This document shows positions 18,030 to 26,789 of a DNA stretch of 54,477 nt, one piece after another. This DNA is from Verrucomicrobia bacterium ADurb.Bin070 (GTDB lineage: Bacteria; Verrucomicrobiota; Kiritimatiellia; RFP12; UBA1067), in contig MWEJ01000002.1 of the NCBI GenBank assembly GCA_002071025.1, positions 1 through 54,477 on the forward strand, written 5' to 3'. Each line of letters opens with the position of its first letter. The stretch's first letter is position 1. Made by a program: the position numbers and the translations under genes. The notes beneath the pieces are model-generated. The model was not told the DNA's origin and ran no database searches. It saw only the letters and a program-made list of their open reading frames with translations.

Positions 18030-19076
18030 ATGATGAGTCAACGAGTCTTGGTGACAGGCGGCAGCGGATTTCTCGGGATCAACCTGATCCGGCATCTCAG
18101 GTCAAAAGGCATCACGGATATCCGCTCGATCGACCTGGTGCCGTTCGACTATCCCGAGAAGGACCAAATCCGATCGGTTGTCGGCGACATCCGCGACGTA
18201 GCGGCCTTGAAGCAGGTCATGCAAGGCGTCACTTGGGTGATCCACACGGCTGCGGCCTTGCCGCTTTATGCCGAACAGGACATCATGACCACCGACGTTG
18301 ACGGCACACGCAACGTGATGGCCGCCGCGCGCGAAGCCGGGGCCGAGCGCGCTGTCATGATCTCCTCCACGGCCGTTTACGGCATCCCCGACCACCATCC
18401 GCTTTACGAGACCGACCGACTGATCGGTGTCGGACCGTACGGACGCGCCAAAATATTGGCGGAAGAGGAGTGCCTCAAGGCGCGTGGGCAGGGCCTTTGC
18501 GTGCCGATCATCCGTCCCAAATCGTTCGTCGGCCCAGAGCGGCTCGGTGTGTTTGCCCTCTTCTATGACTGGGCCTTCACCGGTCACGGCTTCCCAATGA
18601 TCGGCAGCGGCTGCAACCGCTATCAGCTCCTCGACGTGGAGGATCTCTGCGAGGCGATCTGGCTGACACTCACGCTGGAGCCCGGCAAAGTTAACGACAC
18701 CTTCAACATCGGCGCGAAAGCGTTCACCACCATGCGCGAAGATTATCAGGCCGTACTGGATGTTGCGGGCCACGGCAAAAAAATCCGCGGATTTCCAGCC
18801 GCACCGATGATTTGGACACTGCGCTTTCTCGAACTGCTGCATCTCTCGCCGCTCTACAAATGGGTGTATGAAACCGCCTGCGAAGATTCTTTTGTCAGCA
18901 TTGAGAAAGCCGAACGTGTTCTCGGTTACGCACCGCGACACTCGAACAAAGACGCATTGATCCGCAACTATCGCTGGTACGTCGCCAATCTTGACGCCTT
19001 CAAAAACGCATCGGGCGTCTCCCATCGCGTGCCGTGGAAACAGGGTATCTTGCGTTTTGCCAAATGGTTCTTCTGA
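18030..19076 (+). CDS. NAD-dependent epimerase/dehydratase (extended SDR)
   Basis: ORF-track frame 18015..19076 (GTG). ATG 18030 is preferred (MMSQRVLVTGGSGFLG). The YxxxK pair is YGRAKILAEE. Confidence 0.8.
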   Translation: MMSQRVLVTGGSGFLGINLIRHLRSKGITDIRSIDLVPFDYPEKDQIRSVVGDIRDVAALKQVMQGVTWVIHTAAALPLYAEQDIMTTDVDGTRNVMAAAREAGAERAVMISSTAVYGIPDHHPLYETDRLIGVGPYGRAKILAEEECLKARGQGLCVPIIRPKSFVGPERLGVFALFYDWAFTGHGFPMIGSGCNRYQLLDVEDLCEAIWLTLTLEPGKVNDTFNIGAKAFTTMREDYQAVLDVAGHGKKIRGFPAAPMIWTLRFLELLHLSPLYKWVYETACEDSFVSIEKAERVLGYAPRHSNKDALIRNYRWYVANLDAFKNASGVSHRVPWKQGILRFAKWFF

Positions 19077-21082
19077 TGCACAACTCCACCGACACCGACA
19101 GGCAGCATGCACTGTGCAAGGCTGAGAGACTCATACCCAGGCAATGGACACTCGTGATGTGCCTGTGTGCGGCAAGCCTGCTCCACGCCGATCTCGAAGA
19201 GCTGCAACTGACGAGCCCGGACGGTTCCGTGCATGCTCGCGTCTCGGTTGACGCCGCCGGGCAGTTGACCTACGGGGTCCTGTACCGCGGTGCCGAGGTG
19301 CTTGCTCGTGCGCCTCTCGGCATCACGGTCGCGGGGTGTGACCTCGGGCAGGTCATCGCGTTTAAACCGTTGCGCGTGCATCGGACCGATGACCGTTTCC
19401 CGGTGCGCGGCGTACAGCAAGAGAGCCGTCTGACCGCACAGCGTGCACTCTGTTACGCGCAGCCCCGCTCTGGCCCGTCCTACGGGGTACAAGTCGTCGT
19501 GGCCGATACCGGCGTCGCCTGGCGGTTCGTGGTTCCCGGAGAGGGAACGCGGCGCGTCAATGGCGAGACCGCCTGCTGGCGTTTGCCGGTGGCAAGCCGC
19601 GTCTGGTTCGCCGAACGACGTTCCGACTGGAAGCTCAAGACATACGCCGGTGAATGGATCCGTGCACCGCTGCGCGACCTTCACGCCATCTCGCCTCAGG
19701 GACCGATCCAGACCATGCCGCTGATCGCCGAGTTGCCCGACGGGCAGGGCTACGCGGCGGTGACCGAGGCCGCGCTTTTCCATTACAGCGGCATGCGCCT
19801 TTCGGCAGAAACAGACGGCACCTTACGCGGCTGCTTCACGGAACAGGCTGGCTTTGACGTTGACGGACCGATCCAAACGCCCTGGCGTGTGTTGATGGTG
19901 GCCCCAACCCTCCACGCTTTGGTGAACAATGACCTGATTGCCCAACTTGCCCCGCCCCCTGACCCGGAACTCTTCCCCTCCGAGGCGTGGATCTCATGCG
20001 GCCGGAGCGTCTGGAGCTGGTGGCAGGGCCGTGAAGATTATATGCGGCCCGAAGCCGAGAAACGGATGATCGATCATGCGTCGGCCCTGAATTTCGAATT
20101 CACCACGCTGGACGAAGGATGGGAATCTTGGACAAATGCTTGGTCTGTCGTACGTGAACTCTGCGCGTACGCGCGCGACCGCAATGTGCGGGTCTTTGTC
20201 TGGAAGCATTCGAAACAGCTCAACTTGCCTGACCACGATTATGCGGCTTTACGCGGGTTTCTCGATCAAGTGAAGGAGGCCGGCGCCGCCGGCGTGAAGA
20301 TCGACTTCATGAACAGCGAGTCTTATGACACGATCGCTTTCGATGAGCGCGTGCTGCGCGAATCCGCGCGCCGCCAGCTTCTGGTCAACTTTCACGGCTG
20401 CCAGAAACCTTCCGGCGAAGCGCGCACCTATCCCAATGAACTCACCCGCGAAGGCGTGCGGGGGTTGGAACTCAACCGGATCGCCGAGCAGGCCCGGCGG
20501 CGCCGGGGTGACGCCGAAACGCCGCCCTATGCCCCCGGCGGCGAGAACCAAGATCTGCCCGCCTCACACAACGCGGCGTTGCCCTTCACGCGCTGCATCG
20601 CCGGCCACGCCGACTACACGCCTTTGGCTTTCTCGCGCCCCGGCAACACGACTTGGACGCATCAACTGGCGATGGCCTACTTGATGACCTCGCCCTTGCT
20701 CGTAATGGCTGAACACCCCCAGCGCCTGTTAGAGGACCCCGAACTCGCGCCGGCATTGCCTTTTGTGCGCGAGCTGCCGGTCTGCTGGGACGAGACGCGC
20801 GTGCTGGAAGGCAGCCGTATCGGCGAACTGGCTGCTTTCGCGCGTCGAAAAGGTGACACCTGGTTCATCGCTATGGTCAACGGCACCGACGGGCTCAAAC
20901 TGGTTTCGCTCGACCTGCAATTCACCGGATGGCCCGATGTCGCGGTCACAGAACTCGCCGACCGGCCTGACACGCCCACAGGTTTTGCTGCCGTTGCGCG
21001 GTCAGCCTCGGCACACGCGCCACTGATTGTGACGCTTCGCCCCTGTGGCGGTTATGTGGCCAAGCTTCAGCGCAAGAAATAG
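19076..21082 (+). CDS. glycoside hydrolase family 97 (paralog 1)
   Basis: ORF-track frame 19034..21082. ATG 19076 overlaps the epimerase stop (TGATG). After the signal peptide, LTSPDGSVHARVSVDAAGQLTYGVLYRGAEVL matches the GH97 N-terminal pattern. Catalytic-domain blocks are GVKIDFMN and FHGCQKPSGEARTYPNELTREGVRGLE. Confidence 0.75.
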   Translation: MHNSTDTDRQHALCKAERLIPRQWTLVMCLCAASLLHADLEELQLTSPDGSVHARVSVDAAGQLTYGVLYRGAEVLARAPLGITVAGCDLGQVIAFKPLRVHRTDDRFPVRGVQQESRLTAQRALCYAQPRSGPSYGVQVVVADTGVAWRFVVPGEGTRRVNGETACWRLPVASRVWFAERRSDWKLKTYAGEWIRAPLRDLHAISPQGPIQTMPLIAELPDGQGYAAVTEAALFHYSGMRLSAETDGTLRGCFTEQAGFDVDGPIQTPWRVLMVAPTLHALVNNDLIAQLAPPPDPELFPSEAWISCGRSVWSWWQGREDYMRPEAEKRMIDHASALNFEFTTLDEGWESWTNAWSVVRELCAYARDRNVRVFVWKHSKQLNLPDHDYAALRGFLDQVKEAGAAGVKIDFMNSESYDTIAFDERVLRESARRQLLVNFHGCQKPSGEARTYPNELTREGVRGLELNRIAEQARRRRGDAETPPYAPGGENQDLPASHNAALPFTRCIAGHADYTPLAFSRPGNTTWTHQLAMAYLMTSPLLVMAEHPQRLLEDPELAPALPFVRELPVCWDETRVLEGSRIGELAAFARRKGDTWFIAMVNGTDGLKLVSLDLQFTGWPDVAVTELADRPDTPTGFAAVARSASAHAPLIVTLRPCGGYVAKLQRKK

Positions 21083-21298
21083 CTGATTTCAACCTCGACA
21101 CCTGATGCAGCGGCACGTCCGAAGCGCGGATGCAGCAGGGCACCGTCAATCGGAACTGTCACACGCAGCAAAGGCTTCCACCGCTCCTTAACCGTATCCA
21201 GCGGCCAGAGTTCGAAACGCCGCACGACCATTTCAGCGGCCTCGGTCTGTATACAGACGCGACCGGCACAGGGGTTGACCAGATCTTTCCAGTCCTCG

Positions 21299-23113
21299 TC
21301 ACTCTTTAGCCGTGAGCATCAGGCAGGCACCGCCGCCCGGCGCGAGGGAGACGCGGATCGTGTCCGTGCGCGAAACCATGCGCGTCACCGATTTGCAGCT
21401 CTCCACATGGGTGCGAAAATCAGCCCCCTCGCCATCTTCCATCACCAGCGCTTCGTAACGTCCACCGCCAAGGAAGGCCAAGGGAACATCCAACACGCGG
21501 GGATCTTCGTTTGTGGCAGCCCCCACCAACCAGACGCCATCGGCCGCCTGACGCGCCATGACGATGTGCTCGCCGATGACGCCGCTCAGTGTCACGCTTT
21601 CACGCCATGGCTGTTGCTGCGCAGCGATGAAGCGGAGCAACTCGGGATGCTTACGGTAATTCTCCGGAATATCGGGAATGACCGTCGCGCCGGAAAAGGT
21701 GATCAAGGTGCGCGCCGCCTCGCCAGCGAGCGTCGAAGGAACCGGCGAGGGTTCGTCAACGCGGTGAGCCTGTGTCAGGTCGGCAAGTCCATTGTTCATG
21801 TCGATCGGCCCTGCCAGCATGTTGACAAAGACGGACGTCACAAATGTCTTGGGCTGAAACACGCGATGCGCATCGAGTTGGGCGTGGCAGAGCTCGCGCG
21901 TCACGGCGTTGGGCCATGTACGCATCTGGCCATAGGGGTGCACCGGCCCGTCATGAAAGTTGCAGAGCAGACGGTTTTTCGCGCACAGCGCGGTGATCAT
22001 GCGCGTACGCTCATTTTTCTCCTGCGGAGTCCCGACCATGAAACCGTACTTGATGCCGGCGGCGCCCCACTCACCGTACGCCCGGAGCGTCTGTTCAATC
22101 GGATAGGCGCGCCCGGCGACATCGTTCAAATAGAGCCAGATTCCCACGCCCTTCCCTTTGGCGTAGCGGATCAGCTTTTTCGCGTCACCCGCATATCCGC
22201 CCTTCATCGGATCCGATTTCGGATTAAACTCTTTGCCGTACCAATCGGCGTCAAGCACCAGGTAGCGGATCCTGTTTTCGGCCGCGAAATCCACCATGCG
22301 CACCCACGACGGATAAGACATGGCGTAGGTAAAGCCCTCCACCTGCGCGCCGTTGGCGCGCCAGTCCCACACCGCAACCCCTGGCCGTACCCACGAGAAA
22401 TCCTGTCCTTCGCCCGGCGGCGGATTGAGCAGTTCCACCATATGCGCGTCTACCATCGCGCCCGGCGTTCGCCCGAAAAGCAGTACGCGCCACGCCTCGC
22501 TGGGTGCCGACGCAATCTCGACAACCGTCTCACCCTGACGTGTCCGTAACGCGAGCGGATCCCCGTTGCCTAGATCAGCCTCGAGAACCGCCAGATAGGC
22601 ATGATCCGCCGCCTTGACCGTCATCGGCGGCATCCGCTTGCCGTCACTTTCGGACAGCCGTTCTGGACCTATGTTGTGGTGCTCGCCGTTGTAGTACCAA
22701 GCCGTGAAATCGCCCGCGAAGACAAACTGCGTGAGCGCCTTCCCCGCGCCGCCAAGGCAACGGAACGCCACGCCTTCGTCGTAGGCGCGCGCCACGATCT
22801 GATATGCCGTCAGATCGAGTGTCACCTCGTTGAACCGCTCCGGCACCTCAGCGCGCTTGCCCCACACCGGCTTCCAGACCGCCTCCACCGAACGCCTTTT
22901 CATCCCCGTCTGGACGCTGCCATCATAGCCGACCGGCGACGCTAGAATCAGTCGCCTGCCATCCGCCTGAACCGTGTACGTCACCCGTCCCCCCTCGCAG
23001 GTGAACGCCATCTCCAGTTTGCCGTCCGGCGATACGACAGACACCGGTTGCGCCGCCAGCAAAACGCTTGCGCAAACAGACGCTGCGCCGATTCTGATCC
23101 ATAAATGGTTCAT
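21299..23113 (-). CDS. glycoside hydrolase family 97 (paralog 2, divergent catalytic blocks)
   Basis: ORF-track frame 21299..23164. ATG 23113 follows AGAGGGG. The signal peptide is MNHLWIRIGAASVCASVLLAA. VVSPDGKLEMAFTCEGGRVTYTVQADGRRL is GH97-like. The blocks GIKYGFM and FHDGPVHPYGQMRTWPNAVTRELCHAQLD differ from paralog 1. Confidence 0.7.
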   Translation of the reverse strand: MNHLWIRIGAASVCASVLLAAQPVSVVSPDGKLEMAFTCEGGRVTYTVQADGRRLILASPVGYDGSVQTGMKRRSVEAVWKPVWGKRAEVPERFNEVTLDLTAYQIVARAYDEGVAFRCLGGAGKALTQFVFAGDFTAWYYNGEHHNIGPERLSESDGKRMPPMTVKAADHAYLAVLEADLGNGDPLALRTRQGETVVEIASAPSEAWRVLLFGRTPGAMVDAHMVELLNPPPGEGQDFSWVRPGVAVWDWRANGAQVEGFTYAMSYPSWVRMVDFAAENRIRYLVLDADWYGKEFNPKSDPMKGGYAGDAKKLIRYAKGKGVGIWLYLNDVAGRAYPIEQTLRAYGEWGAAGIKYGFMVGTPQEKNERTRMITALCAKNRLLCNFHDGPVHPYGQMRTWPNAVTRELCHAQLDAHRVFQPKTFVTSVFVNMLAGPIDMNNGLADLTQAHRVDEPSPVPSTLAGEAARTLITFSGATVIPDIPENYRKHPELLRFIAAQQQPWRESVTLSGVIGEHIVMARQAADGVWLVGAATNEDPRVLDVPLAFLGGGRYEALVMEDGEGADFRTHVESCKSVTRMVSRTDTIRVSLAPGGGACLMLTAKE

Positions 23114-23176
23114 CCCCTCTTCCCTTTCTGTAACCCAACACATGATGTCAAAAGCAGGGCGCAAGACGCAAGACCG

Positions 23177-26100
23177 TCACCCGCGGCCATGCCCAGCGAG
23201 TGCCTCCTCCACGGCTGCTAGCAGTTCACTGGCGGGATAAGGCTTGATCAGACATTTCCACCCGTGTTGCTTGATTGACGTCCAGCGTGAGCGCTCATCG
23301 GCATAGCCGCTGGCAAACAAGAACGGCATGCGGGGATGCGCAGCGCTGATGGTTTCGGCCAAATCGACGCCGTTGCCGTCACCCAGAACAACATCGCAAA
23401 AAATCAGGTCATACGCCTCTGCCGCGTCATCCACTTCCGCAAGCGCTTCGGCCACGCTGGTTACGACGCGGGTTCTAAAACCACGGGATGCGAGAATACG
23501 TTCCGCAACCCTCGCGACCTTGTCTTGGTCTTCAACCACCAAGATCCTTGTATCCTGACGGTTGACGCAAGACGTTTTTGATCCCGCGTTTCTTTGCGCC
23601 GCAGCCTCACCTTCGGCGGCGGGGAAATAGATCGTAAAACATGTCCCCCTGCCTGGCTCCGAATCAACCCGGACCCATCCTTTCATCTGACGGACGATCC
23701 CATAGACCGTTGAGAGCCCCAACCCCGTTCCCTTGTCTTTCGGCTTCGTAGTGAAGAAGGGGTCAAAAATTTTCTTCTGAATGTGGGGCGGGATGCCGCA
23801 CCCTGTATCGGTGATCGCCAAACTGACGTATGTTCCCGGCGAGGCCTCAGGGTGCAGTCTTGCGTCGGCGGCCGTCAGCGACACGCGCGCGGTTCGCAGC
23901 GTAAGGGTGCCGCCGTCCGGCATCGCGTCGCGCGCATTGACCGCCAAGTTCAAAAGCACCTGCTCGATGTGCCCGGCATCGGCGAGAATATCCGGAGCCG
24001 TATCATCCAAAGCCAGCACGATTGCGACATCTTCGCCGAGCAACTGCGAAAGCATCCGGTGACGGCTGCCGATCTCCTGATTGAGTTGGAAGCGCGTGAT
24101 CTCCATCGGGATATTACGGCTGAACGCCAACAATTGTCCGGTTAACCGCTTGGCTCGGCTGGCGGCGCCGATGATTTCCTGGATATCTGAAGCGCGCGGA
24201 TCAGGCGGTGGGGTTTGCAGCAGGGCCAATTCGCCAAATCCCAGAATCGTCTGGAGCATGTTGTTGAAATCGTGAGCCACCCCGCCGGCCAACATGCCGA
24301 TCGTTTCCAGTTTATTGGTCTGCGACAGACGCTCTTCGAGGTTCCGCTGATCGGTGATATCGAACAAGACGGTTTGAAATTCATCAACCGCCCCATCCGG
24401 CCCGATGATCGCGCGGCTCAGACAGCGCAACTGCCGCAACTCGCCGTCGGACCTTCGCGCGCTTACCGAATACTCTGCAATCGGCCGTTCGGGCGACACC
24501 CCCAGCAGCGTACTTTCCACACGCATGCGTTGATCCTGCTGTAAAAACTGAAATACGACGTTCCCCAAGAGTTCATGGCTCGCCCGCCCCAGGAACGCGC
24601 AGACGGCGCTGTTGACAAAGGTCAATCCCCCAGCCGGAGTAAACCGGCAAATGAGCGCCGGCATATCCTCCACCAAACTCTCATAGAGATGTTCCTGCAG
24701 TTTTTTAGCCGTGATGTTCCGGGCATAAACAAGCGCACCGTTCTCATTCTGATACTTGAACGGCGCAGAGGCGACCTCGACGGTCACCGGCGTGCCGTCC
24801 AGGCGCAGCAACGTTTGCTCGGCGGCGGGCACATACTCGCGCTTTTCAATGAGCTTCGAGATACGCGCTTCGATAAAAGCGCGGGAATCCGGATGGATGA
24901 AATCCAAAACGGATCTGCCCAGCAGTTGATCGGGCGACGACGCGCCAAACAGTTCGCAGGCGGACGGGTTGAGATAGGCGAATCGCTTGTTTGCCTGAAT
25001 GAAAATCGCCTCCGGCGCCTCTTCGATCAACTGCCGAAAGCGACGTTCGCTGCTGCGGTGCTGTTCGACAGCGTGTTGCCGGGCGTCCTCCAAGCGGAGG
25101 TGTTCGATCCCGAACGCCATGTCACCGGCCAGTTCCTGGAGTAGTTCCAGCATTTCTGGCGGATGCGGCCCCGGCTCTGGCGCGATGATCGTGAGTGCGC
25201 CGATCGTGGTGCCGGACGTGATGAGCGGGAAGCAGAGCAGCGAGCGCCCCTCGTTCCGTGAAGTTCGGAGCGTTCGAAGCCATGCGTCGGAAGATTGCGT
25301 TAAGTCGTCGCAACACCGTGGCTGCCCCGCGCGGATAACACGGCTGACCAACGACTCCTTGTCCGTACCGTTTTCGATCTGCATCAGATCCAGTGTTTCC
25401 AGCGTTTTCTCCTCAAAGCCGGCCTGAGCCACAACATGAAGGGACTTCGCCGTATCTTCCCGCGTGAGGCCAACCCATGCCGCCGTATACTTCCCCTCCT
25501 CAAGAATGAGCCGACACAGTTCACCGAGCAGCGCAGCCACGTCCGTACTGCGAATCAGGATCTGATTACAGTCATACAACATGCGGAGCATACGGTTACT
25601 CCTGGCCAAATCGTCGGTTTTCCGCGCCACCTGGCGACGCAACGTGAGGCTCCACATGATGAATCCGAGCAACACCCCTGCGGCGGCACCGCCTGCGAGT
25701 CTCGCCCAATTCGGCAATCGGGAAGCGACCGTTTCAGACGTCCAGCGTTTCAGCGACGTGTAATAGATCGAGTGCGGATTCTTCTTCATGCGGATCAGAT
25801 GCCGGTCGATCGACTCCGTCAGACGAGCGCGTCCTTCGGCGGGCGCCGCAAAAAAAAGGCGAGTGGGGCTGAAGATGATCGCGGTGTCTTCCAGATTGTA
25901 GGCTCGGCTTTGCTGCATCCCGTGAAACCGGTTCACGACCACGGCATCCACCCGCCCCTGCGCCACGTCGTGAAAGGCATTACGGTAATCGGGGAACGGC
26001 AGAATCGTGACGGGCACGTCGAATCCTGAAGACACCTGTTCAAAGGCCTCTTCCTGAATCGAACCGTCCAGAACGGCGACGCGCTTTCCTGCCAAATCCA

Positions 26101-26542
26101 GCAGCGACCTGATCCCGCTGCCATTCCGCGCATACACCTGAAACCAATCTGACAAGACCGGTTCGCGGTGAAATGCGAAGCGTGTGCCTCTGGACTTTGA
26201 CTGAGCCACATCCGGCATGAGGTCGATTTCACCTGTTGCCAGGCGGTTAAGCCCCTCCATCCAGGTCCCCGGCACAAACTCGAGCGTCCAGCCTTCCTCG
26301 TCGGCAATGTGCGAAAGGATATCGATGAAGATCCCTTCAGGACGTCCCGTCGCATTCAACGCGACCTTGGGACTGTTCTCATAAACACCGACCCGCACAC
26401 ACATTTCGGAAGCGCACGTCACACTCGCGACTAAGCCTGCCAATGCCGCCCCCACAGGACCATGCAAAAGCCTGCTCGTCACATGCACCCTATCCTCAAC
26501 CGCGTTCATGAGGCCTCCTGACAGACACTTATTTTTGAGCAT
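23177..26542 (-). CDS. hybrid sensor histidine kinase/response regulator with periplasmic solute-binding (SBP_bac_3-like) domain, GAF and PAS domains
   Basis: 1121 aa. The N-terminal region (VGVYENSPKV...PEGIFIDIL...LMPDVAQS) resembles an amino-acid-type binding protein, followed by a TM segment (LAGGAAAGVLLGFIMWSL). The H-box is GGVAHDFNNMLQ. HATPase N and G boxes are LNLAVNARDAM and GTGLGLSTVYG. The receiver is ILVVEDQD...DLIFCDVVL. An alternative start is ATG 26509. Confidence 0.85.
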   Translation of the reverse strand: MLKNKCLSGGLMNAVEDRVHVTSRLLHGPVGAALAGLVASVTCASEMCVRVGVYENSPKVALNATGRPEGIFIDILSHIADEEGWTLEFVPGTWMEGLNRLATGEIDLMPDVAQSKSRGTRFAFHREPVLSDWFQVYARNGSGIRSLLDLAGKRVAVLDGSIQEEAFEQVSSGFDVPVTILPFPDYRNAFHDVAQGRVDAVVVNRFHGMQQSRAYNLEDTAIIFSPTRLFFAAPAEGRARLTESIDRHLIRMKKNPHSIYYTSLKRWTSETVASRLPNWARLAGGAAAGVLLGFIMWSLTLRRQVARKTDDLARSNRMLRMLYDCNQILIRSTDVAALLGELCRLILEEGKYTAAWVGLTREDTAKSLHVVAQAGFEEKTLETLDLMQIENGTDKESLVSRVIRAGQPRCCDDLTQSSDAWLRTLRTSRNEGRSLLCFPLITSGTTIGALTIIAPEPGPHPPEMLELLQELAGDMAFGIEHLRLEDARQHAVEQHRSSERRFRQLIEEAPEAIFIQANKRFAYLNPSACELFGASSPDQLLGRSVLDFIHPDSRAFIEARISKLIEKREYVPAAEQTLLRLDGTPVTVEVASAPFKYQNENGALVYARNITAKKLQEHLYESLVEDMPALICRFTPAGGLTFVNSAVCAFLGRASHELLGNVVFQFLQQDQRMRVESTLLGVSPERPIAEYSVSARRSDGELRQLRCLSRAIIGPDGAVDEFQTVLFDITDQRNLEERLSQTNKLETIGMLAGGVAHDFNNMLQTILGFGELALLQTPPPDPRASDIQEIIGAASRAKRLTGQLLAFSRNIPMEITRFQLNQEIGSRHRMLSQLLGEDVAIVLALDDTAPDILADAGHIEQVLLNLAVNARDAMPDGGTLTLRTARVSLTAADARLHPEASPGTYVSLAITDTGCGIPPHIQKKIFDPFFTTKPKDKGTGLGLSTVYGIVRQMKGWVRVDSEPGRGTCFTIYFPAAEGEAAAQRNAGSKTSCVNRQDTRILVVEDQDKVARVAERILASRGFRTRVVTSVAEALAEVDDAAEAYDLIFCDVVLGDGNGVDLAETISAAHPRMPFLFASGYADERSRWTSIKQHGWKCLIKPYPASELLAAVEEALAGHGRG

Positions 26543-26789
26543 ACACCATTCCGATCACGTTGTGCAATCCCCGATCCGAAGCGCCCCACATGGATATGTG
26601 ATTTTGCATGAGCGTATCCGCCTGATCATGATGTATCCCGCAGTGGCTGAACATCCCGGAATGCAAAGCGTCCACCCCAAAATACGGTCAGCTTCGGATT
26701 TACAGCACACCGTTGTTTTGTTATCCTTAACACCAATAAACCGTTCGTCAGCACTCGTGATTTGAAGGGTCAACCGTAAGGAGCCGGTC

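Noticed and set aside
21067-21231. A 54-codon minus-strand ORF (MVVRRFELWPLDTVKERWKPLLRVTVPIDGALLHPRFGRAAASGVEVEISYFLR) in the spacer between the convergent GH97 genes. Its open frame extends about 25 codons further upstream.
   Set aside because: It reads protein-like and might be a gene remnant or a small protein. However, it has no SD, no recognisable motif, is below the size threshold, and overlaps the GH97-1 3' end by 16 nt. The evidence is not strong enough to call it.
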